From Octopus vulgaris (taxonomy: Eukaryota): 64,000 nucleotides of DNA. Of the stretch, positions 55,011 to 64,000 are shown piece by piece. Under the pieces are notes generated by a model. It had not been told where the DNA came from. It searched no databases and worked only from the letters and a program-made list of their open reading frames with translations. The stretch covers positions 11,284,001-11,348,000 of the forward strand of contig OX597825.1 of NCBI GenBank assembly GCA_951406725.2. Direction: 5' to 3'. The translations under genes and the position numbers were made by a program. Position 1 is the stretch's first letter, and the number at the start of each line of letters is the position of its first letter.

Positions 55011-55044
<34 letters not shown>

Positions 55045-55383
55045 ATAGATACACACACACACACACACCTCACACACGCACACACCTCACACATACACAT
55101 ACACACACACACATATCAGAAGAGATATAGCTAGATAGATAGCTGTATGAATAGGCAGAAATATAATGAAAGAGAGGAGGGTAAATAGATATATAGAGAT
55201 AGATGAGTATAAAACCTTCAAGCGGATGCGAGGAGACAGAAAAAAAGAGATAAAGAAACTGAAACAAATATAAACAGGAAAATAATAAGAAATCGACGGG
55301 GAAAAAAAAGCGAATATGTAAGATGAACGTCAAAGGACGCAATATGCAAAATATATGTCATAACTCGTATTGGTTTGAATTTT

Positions 55384-55438
<55 letters not shown>

Positions 55439-55646
55439 TTAATCCATGTTAGTCTGACCAATTCCACACCATTAACCCATGTGTAATATGTTCGTCTCAA
55501 AATTTCCAACCATTAACTTCGATTTTTCTGGTTATTAGTTTTACAATGTAGCCTCGTCTTTTTCTCGCTCGCTTATTGATGAAATTTTCTGACATATATG
55601 CAAAACAATGCGGCACAGACACTAAAACACGCACATGCACACACAT

Positions 55647-55736
<90 letters not shown>

Positions 55737-56409
55737 GCACGCACACACACACATTCACAGTTGTTTAGTTGAAAGTTTGTCTTTAATTTTCGAATACACC
55801 GTATCTGAGATTACCTTATCTAATGTATCTGTTCTTCCATTTTACAAAAGACGGGAGTGCACGATGTGAGGAACATTTCGTTGCTATTTCGAACATGTCG
55901 AGAAAACGCACAGAGGCTACAACATTGGTTTCATGGCTGGAATAAGAATTTTTTGTATATTATCTTTATATTTCACACATACATGTATACACACATAGCA
56001 CACGCACACATACAAACACAAACACACGCGCACACACACATTTATGTATGCCCTACTGTATGTATCTATCTATATGAGAGAACTTTCGGTTAGTTAAAAT
56101 ATATTTTTGACATATTTGCTCCCGAGGGCAAATTCAATGCATTTACAGTGGAGAAAATTTCTCTTTTATCCGTTCAGTGCTTTCTCCTATCGGATTTTCA
56201 GACACAGCATTGCTGGCTCTTCACTCTTCTTCAATGAAAAACACCGAAAAAGAGGTAATTCTGGGCAGATTTAGAAAGTTGTAGTTTTAACTAAAATATA
56301 GTCGACAACATTGACGGAGTTGTGCTATTGGACCGCCCGGTCGGGATAAAGTCAGCAGTATAATTGCTAAATAGTGATTAGGCATAAGCGAATTTTAGGA
56401 TAGTTGCTA

Positions 56410-56878
56410 AGGCGGCGAGCTGACAGAATTGTGAGCACGCCGGGCAAAATGCTTAGCGGCATTTCGTCCGTCTTTACATTCTGAGTTCAAATTCCACGGA
56501 AGACAACTTTGCCTTTCATCCTTTCGGGGTCGATAAATTAAGTACTATTGAAACACTGGGGGGGGGGGGGGGGCAATGTAATCGACTAGTCCTCTCACCC
56601 AAAATGGCTGCCCTTGTGGCAAAATTTGAAACCATTATTATTATAACTGTTAAGGCGGCGAGCTGGCAGAGTCGCGAGGACGCTGTGCAAAATGCTCAGA
56701 GGCATTTCGTCTGTCATTACGTTCTGAGTTCAAATTCCGCCGAGGTCAACTTTGCCTTCTATCCTTTCAGGGTCAATAAATTAAGTACCAGTGAAACACT
56801 GGGGTCCATGAAACCGATTAATCCCGCCTCCTGAAATTTCAGGCCTTGTTCCTATGGTAGAAAGGATTATTATTATAA
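56410..56878 (+). mobile_element. Two tandem full-length family A SINEs (56410-56645 and 56652-56878)
   Basis: Each has its own taaggcggcgagctg head and (att)n tail. Confidence 0.88.
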
Positions 56879-57604
56879 TTGTTTAATCGGTTTTAAATAA
56901 ATAACGTTGGTAACAAAGAAATAAATTATCTTATCTGACTCAGAGGTTTGAAAGGCCAAATATAGTTATCGTGCTAGTTTGGAGTAAAACAGTGAAACCA
57001 GTGTATACAGCGACGAAACAAAAGCCGTTCTACAGTTTCCGCCATTTAACGCTTTCAAAATGTCTGAAAGTTAGGAATGTCATTATGTAACATAATCTGC
57101 TGATGTTACTTAACACAGCACTCAACTTTCGGTTTTATCTGCTTGTTTTTATTTCTTTTAAAAACTATTGCATTTCCTCTTTTGTCCGCTGATTTATTAT
57201 ATTGTGTTGTACGACGTCGAAGATGTGTTCTGCTATAGTAATTTCTTTGCCAAATATACGGATCTTCACATTGTAACAAATATCCTGATTAACAGCTGCC
57301 GACAAGAATACTGCTGGCTAGTTTTATGTGCAGATTCCATAGTAAGTAGATGCACTGATGCAGATCTTGTATGCACAATATATGTATGCATGTATATTTA
57401 TGGGTTTACATGTGTGAGAAAAATTATGGTATATGGGTGTATGTATATTGATTGAGCTTGTATTGTATAACTTTGGATATACTAGTAAATAATGGTGTAG
57501 ATTTTTTTAACTATCAGTATATGCATGTAAATTTTTTGTATATGTGTCTATATCAATATATATATATATATATATATATATATCTAAATAAACATATATA
57601 TATG

Positions 57605-57669
<65 letters not shown>

Positions 57670-57811
57670 GTATATATATGCATATACATACAAACATATA
57701 TTTATGTTTGTATAAATATATATGTATATGTTTATATCAATGTTTTAATGTATTTATATATAATATATATATACACATATATGTATACACATATGTATAT
57801 GTATATATGCA

Positions 57812-57856
<45 letters not shown>

Positions 57857-57970
57857 GCGTATATACGCATAATCGCATATAGGGAAAATTGAATGTGTAT
57901 GGATAATCTATGAACGTACGAGTTTATGTGCAATTTATATACATATATATATATGTGTGTCTGAGAGGTG

Positions 57971-58006
<36 letters not shown>

Positions 58007-58169
58007 TGTATATATATATATATATATATATGCATATATATATGTATATATATGTATATATATATATACAAATTATATATATATATATATATATATATGC
58101 ATATATATATGTATATATATATATATATATAAGTGTATATATATATGCATATATATATGTATATATATG

Positions 58170-58234
<65 letters not shown>

Positions 58235-58877
58235 CACACACATATACACAAGGAAATCTCGCTCACATATCGGAACAAGAAATGCAGCGTATGATAATAT
58301 TACACTGCAAGATATATCCGCAATCTATAAATGAAGTAATTCATGAGAGTTTGTGCTAAACAACAACAACAACAATAACAGCAACAACAATAACATAAAC
58401 TAATATAACAAAAAACAAAAACAAAATACAAAACAAAACAAAACAAAACAAACAGCAACAAGCAGACAAATATAAATCAAAAACACGAGACAATAAAACA
58501 CACCACAAACTTTGCTTGCTTTTGTATCACTGTCAGATATTGATTATATAATACATACGAACATACACACCTACACAAACGTACGTACTATACATATGTA
58601 TGTATATACATGTATACACGCATGCGCATACACACATATATATTTATATGTGTATGCGCCATATTGGTTTCTGTTGTTGCGGATTCACACATTTTCCCTC
58701 GATTATCCTGTTCTTTATTATCGTTCGGTTCTCTTCATTTCTTTCGCTCTTTCTCTCGTTTTCTAACCCTAAACATACACGAAGCGTTGGGCAATAATAC
58801 TAAAAGCATTTTTACTTCTATGCATACGTGCACACGTATGCACCCAGTTCTGTACAGAAGTATACAAACATATATGC

Positions 58878-58938
<61 letters not shown>

Positions 58939-58956
58939 TGCATGCACGCACACACG

Positions 58957-58993
<37 letters not shown>

Positions 58994-59060
58994 ATACTCA
59001 CACATACACACATATATAAGCATATATACACACATATGTGTACATATATGTATATATCTA

Positions 59061-59106
<46 letters not shown>

Positions 59107-60176
59107 CATATATATATGTATATATATACAACTATATATATATGCGTACATATAGTTGTATATATATACATATATATATGCATATATATACATATATATA
59201 TGCATATATATATATGTATATATATACATATATATACATATATATATATGTATATTTATATACATATATATGCATATTTATATATACACACACACATATA
59301 TATGCATATATGTACACACATATACACATACATGCACATATATGCATATATATGCATACAGATATACATGTATACTGTTGCTCACACACAACAACACATG
59401 CACATATATATTTATATACGCACACGCATATGTATATATGAGGGTGTTCACGTGCGCTCACACTCCCACAAACACACACATACACACACACAGGATCATA
59501 CAGTCACACGCTCATATATGTATTAAATTTCTATGTGTAGACATCAATCATAATATCCGGATTATGTATCTTTCGTATCGAATGGTTAATTTCAATAAAG
59601 ATCTCAATATGTATGGAAGCTTTATGCGGTTACTCAATGTATACTGGCGTAGGTACGTCACTGATTCAATTTGTGTAGATTCAGATTTAATTTGTTAAAA
59701 CCAATACAAAAATACTTGTTGACATGTTCATCATGTAGTTTGAATATCTCCCCAAAAAAGGTTCTTTGAATAACACAATACGTTCAGTTGCTAAACTGAA
59801 TAGAAAGGAAATAAATAACAAGCGAACTATCGAAATACTTATTGACAAAGCATCAAATTTGAGTCACGATATTATTTAAGAAACGAATTACTTTCGACTT
59901 GTCGACATACGCTAAAATTTTCCTTTCTTAATTTGAAAAAAGTACCTCGATACTTGATTGACAACGAACGACGGTCGAAAATCTACATAACTTGTACAAC
60001 GGAATGCAGCGCCTTTGCAAAACAGTGTATAGTTTATACACTATATTCATATACTTCAGACTCTCTAATTCGATTTTATTGCGGATGTGAGATGAGTATG
60101 TGACATTGATAAACTGCAACAACGGTGAAATACATGTCTATCGCTCTCGCTATTCTGGCTGTTGCCTAGCTCTGAC

Positions 60177-60249
<73 letters not shown>

Positions 60250-60357
60250 TTAACGCAATACGTCAACAAAGGGATTTTTTTCCGGTCGGAAACTGTAGCT
60301 TGTATTAATAGAGTTTTTTTTATTATAAAGCTTTTACACACACGCACGCGCACGCAC

Positions 60358-60424
<67 letters not shown>

Positions 60425-61196
60425 TACACACACACACTGACACTCTGCCATTTACAACTACGCGAGTTCCAGTTGATCCGCTCAACAAAACAGCCTGCTT
60501 GTAGAATTAACGTGCAAGTGGCTGGGTGCTTCACATACACGCTTACTCTTTAACGTAGCTCTCTGAATGGACTGGATCAACCTGAAATACAGTATGTACG
60601 TGTGTATGCGCATGTAGGTGTGTGAATAAAGAAAGCGCCATTATTTATATTATTTATAACGTTTATTGTATAATTTTTCCTCCATTTTTCTCTGTTTTGC
60701 CAAAGTTAATATAAGTTCGAGTTATTGAACAAGTTTTATAATTCTGTTGCTTAGATTTTCCTCTTAAAAAAAAGCCTGACCTTCTTCACTTTTTCTGCTT
60801 CTAAGAGGTAAATGAACAAAACTAAACTCAAATGTAACGAGTAAATTATTATGATTCTATAAACTTTAATTCATATTTAACAACTCAATTATCACGATTT
60901 CTGGTAACCATTGGCTATCAGTAATCGTGATAGTTGACTTATCCACGAAAAATCGGCAATTAGTATTATTGTTATTATTACAATTCATATTATTAAAACA
61001 GAAATCAATAAACCACAATTAAAATCATTATCAGTAGATTCACTGAGTGGAATACAGTCTTCTACAAGTTCTGCCATAGCCTTGTGGTTATGATAGAAAC
61101 GGTTATCATGCTTTTATATTCTGGTTTCAAATCCCGTCAGAGTTAGTTTACCTTTCATAGTTCTGAAGTCGATAAAGTAAGATATCAGTCAATTTC

Positions 61197-61315
61197 TTAT
61201 TTCTTTATTGCCCACAAGGGGCTAAACACAGAGAGGACAAACAAGGACAGACAAATGGATTAAGTCGATTACATCAACCCCAGTGCGTAACTGGTACTTA
61301 ATTTATCGACCCTGA
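61197..61315 (-). mobile_element. 5'-truncated family A SINE
   Basis: tatttctttattgcccacaagggg...gtacttaatttatcgaccc; an older plus-strand fragment lies at ~61100-61190. Confidence 0.85.
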
Positions 61316-61321
61316 AGTGCA

Positions 61322-62290
61322 ATCCTTCAGGCAATACTGAAGTTGTTTCCTCTATTCAGACAATCCTGAAATTGTTGCCCCAGCTTCCTATGTAAGCTAC
61401 TAAATTTCTTTAACCAGTACCCTTCAACTAAATCTGATCCAGGGCCCTTCCGATTTGGTATTCTTCCTAAATCTCTGCTCATTGATACACCGGTTAGCTT
61501 TACTTCTGGCTGCTTCTCATTAACTACTACTTCCCTTACTTTCTTTAACAATGCTGCACCTCTCCATTCTAGAGTGATATTCGGCTTATCTAGAATTTTC
61601 TAGCATCTGCATTCGGCTTCTCGTGTACATTAGTTTCTTCTACATTTTACTTGGCGATAAAATCACCTCTGGTCTGTTTCAAACAATCTGTTCTGTTGAT
61701 ACTGATCTCTTCTTTTCTGATATCTGGAAAACTCACTTGCTATTGCTATGATACACTTTTTCAGCTCTTTCATGACTATCCAAAATCCTTTCTTTTTGGC
61801 TAAGTAATTTTCCCAAGAGAAGATTTAAATCTTGTTTCCTAATTTGTCCCCAAGCTTCTTTTCGATTTAGATCTTGTTTTAAAGACTTCGCTTTATTTTC
61901 TAATCTATTTTCTCACATCTGCTCCTTCGGATTATTTCCTCGAAGAATATCTAGTAACTACTACCTCTCTTGCATAATTCAGTAAGTTAGTGTCATCTAT
62001 ATTTTTAGTAACTCTACTACTGATAACAGAATCTACTTTCCTAGGAATATCTAGAAAATTCCTTGTATTAGGCCCTTTTAATGCTAGTAATCGTTTTCTT
62101 TCTTCTTCACTCATTTACTCAATAGCATTAGCCTGGTCCACTAGTTTCTGCTCTGTTACATTAAACATACCTTTCTTTAACAAAAGTGCGAACATACATT
62201 TTTGTAACCTCTTAGTTTGGGTTCACTTTCCAAGTAACACTGCATCGCTACCCTGTTCTCTTCACTTGTCTATTTTAATGATGCTGTCTT
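61322..62290 (-). mobile_element. Decayed R4/Dong-like non-LTR retrotransposon fragment (region upstream of RT)
   Basis: NRKGPGSDLVEGYWLKKFSSLHRKLGQQFQDCL (cf. WKAPGPD..GYWLKK..LH..L) and ELKKCIIAIASEFSRYQKRRDQYQQNRLFETDQR; many disablements. Confidence 0.8.
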
Positions 62291-62620
62291 AGAATAACGA
62301 CTGAGTTTGTACTGTCTGCATTTGTACTGAATCACAACCAAGCGAGAAGCCTTCCCTTCAAGATCCAACCTTGCTATGTCGTCATCATCGTCATCATCGT
62401 CATCCGTATTAATAATAATAACAAACATTAGGAAGAGCTCGATATGGTGTGTAATAGAGATTGACTTTATTGTATCAAACAATATTTCGTTAGCATGTGT
62501 CTTCCTCAGAATGAAAAATGAAAAGAGCGCAGTAATACAGAAATTCAAAATATGAACGGGAATATCCTGCGTTCCTTTTTAGACAAAATGATGTCACCAG
62601 TTTTCGCCTTTTTCAACTTT

Positions 62621-62766
62621 CTCTTGATGAGGGAAGTCGAAATAATTGTAATATCTCCGTATAATTTTTTACTGGTTGTATATCCAAAACTTTTGCTTGT
62701 TCAGCTTTTAAATAAGGAATATTACGCTTATTAAGTAACATCGATCTTCCTGAAACAGCTGTCGAG
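62621..62766 (+). ncRNA. Hammerhead-like motif with ~100-nt loop II (C3>U)
   Basis: ctc UUGAUGA gggaagtcga ... tcgatcttcct GAAA cagct GUC gag, with palindromic stem III acagctgt. Confidence 0.5.
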
Positions 62767-62817
62767 TTAAGAAAGTATGTATTTTCTTCTTAGTATTCTC
62801 TATTTTTAATTTTCTAA

Positions 62818-62885
<68 letters not shown>

Positions 62886-62911
62886 TTATATTTATATATA
62901 CATATCAAGCC

Positions 62912-62944
<33 letters not shown>

Positions 62945-63051
62945 TAATAATAATAATAATAATAATAATATATATATATATATGTAAATATATGTATATA
63001 TGTGTGTATGTGTATTTTTCTGAATATATGTAGATGTATGCGTCTATATAA

Positions 63052-63111
<60 letters not shown>

Positions 63112-63308
63112 AGCCTAATTGCGTTTATCTACATTAGTACCTATCTCGCCACCCTCTATATATATATGTATATATATATATATGAGTATATGTACATATA
63201 CACGCACACATATGTATATATGTATAATTCCATCTATGTATGCATATATGGATATATATATACAAACACAGACAAACACTCACACGCACATATATATGTG
63301 CTTACATG

Positions 63309-63394
<86 letters not shown>

Positions 63395-63638
63395 TCATTT
63401 ATTTGTACGTCTGTATTTCCGTATATTTTTTAGCTGCCTGTCTAGTTGAGTTAGCAGTCCATGAAAGAATTCTGTCAATAAAAATAATTTATCTGTTTAT
63501 GTGTCAACCAATCAACCTTCCGTTCCCCAAGCATTTACAAACACACACACACACGCACACACACACACACATACACACACACATACACACACACATGTAT
63601 GTATGTATGTATGTATGTATGTGTATATATATACATAT

Positions 63639-63740
<102 letters not shown>

Positions 63741-64000
63741 ATATATATACACATATATATAAGGCACCAAGCCAAATATGAGAGCCGGCAGTTTGTTAGA
63801 TATATAGAAAGCTATTATTATTCGTTAATCGAAACAGACTGATACGCCAATGCCAAATTAGCTGATAGTTCAATAACTTATATTCAGTGTATTTATGTTG
63901 ATATAGTAAACTTAGACAACACAAAACAAGTCCTACATATTATTTTCTCTGTTACGTAAAACAAAATTTATATGTATTATCTAAAACGGGTTTAGAATCG

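Overview
AT-rich, repeat-dense eukaryotic non-coding DNA, probably a large intron or an intergenic region. The tRNA-derived SINE families and the very high load of (TA)n, (CA)n and (AGAT)n repeats suggest a coleoid cephalopod such as Octopus, but that is inference. No intact protein-coding gene is supported, and nearly all long ORFs in the track are microsatellite artefacts. The window contains: decayed Gypsy LTR pol remnants (about 1-800 and 1600-4300, the latter split by a non-autonomous Helitron); more than 25 SINE copies from about four modular families; mariner, Tc1, pogo/Tigger and hAT DNA-transposon remnants and MITEs; an R4/Dong-like LINE remnant; and one candidate 68-nt exon. The most notable signal is about nine sequence-diverse, minimal hammerhead-ribozyme-like motifs in short islands between (TA)n tracts. 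Several are associated with fold-back inversions, which fits Penelope-like or retrozyme retroelements. A second signal is head-to-tail SINE multimers sharing one fixed junction at three loci. All calls were made by eye, and repeat boundaries are approximate unless TSDs or TIRs are given.
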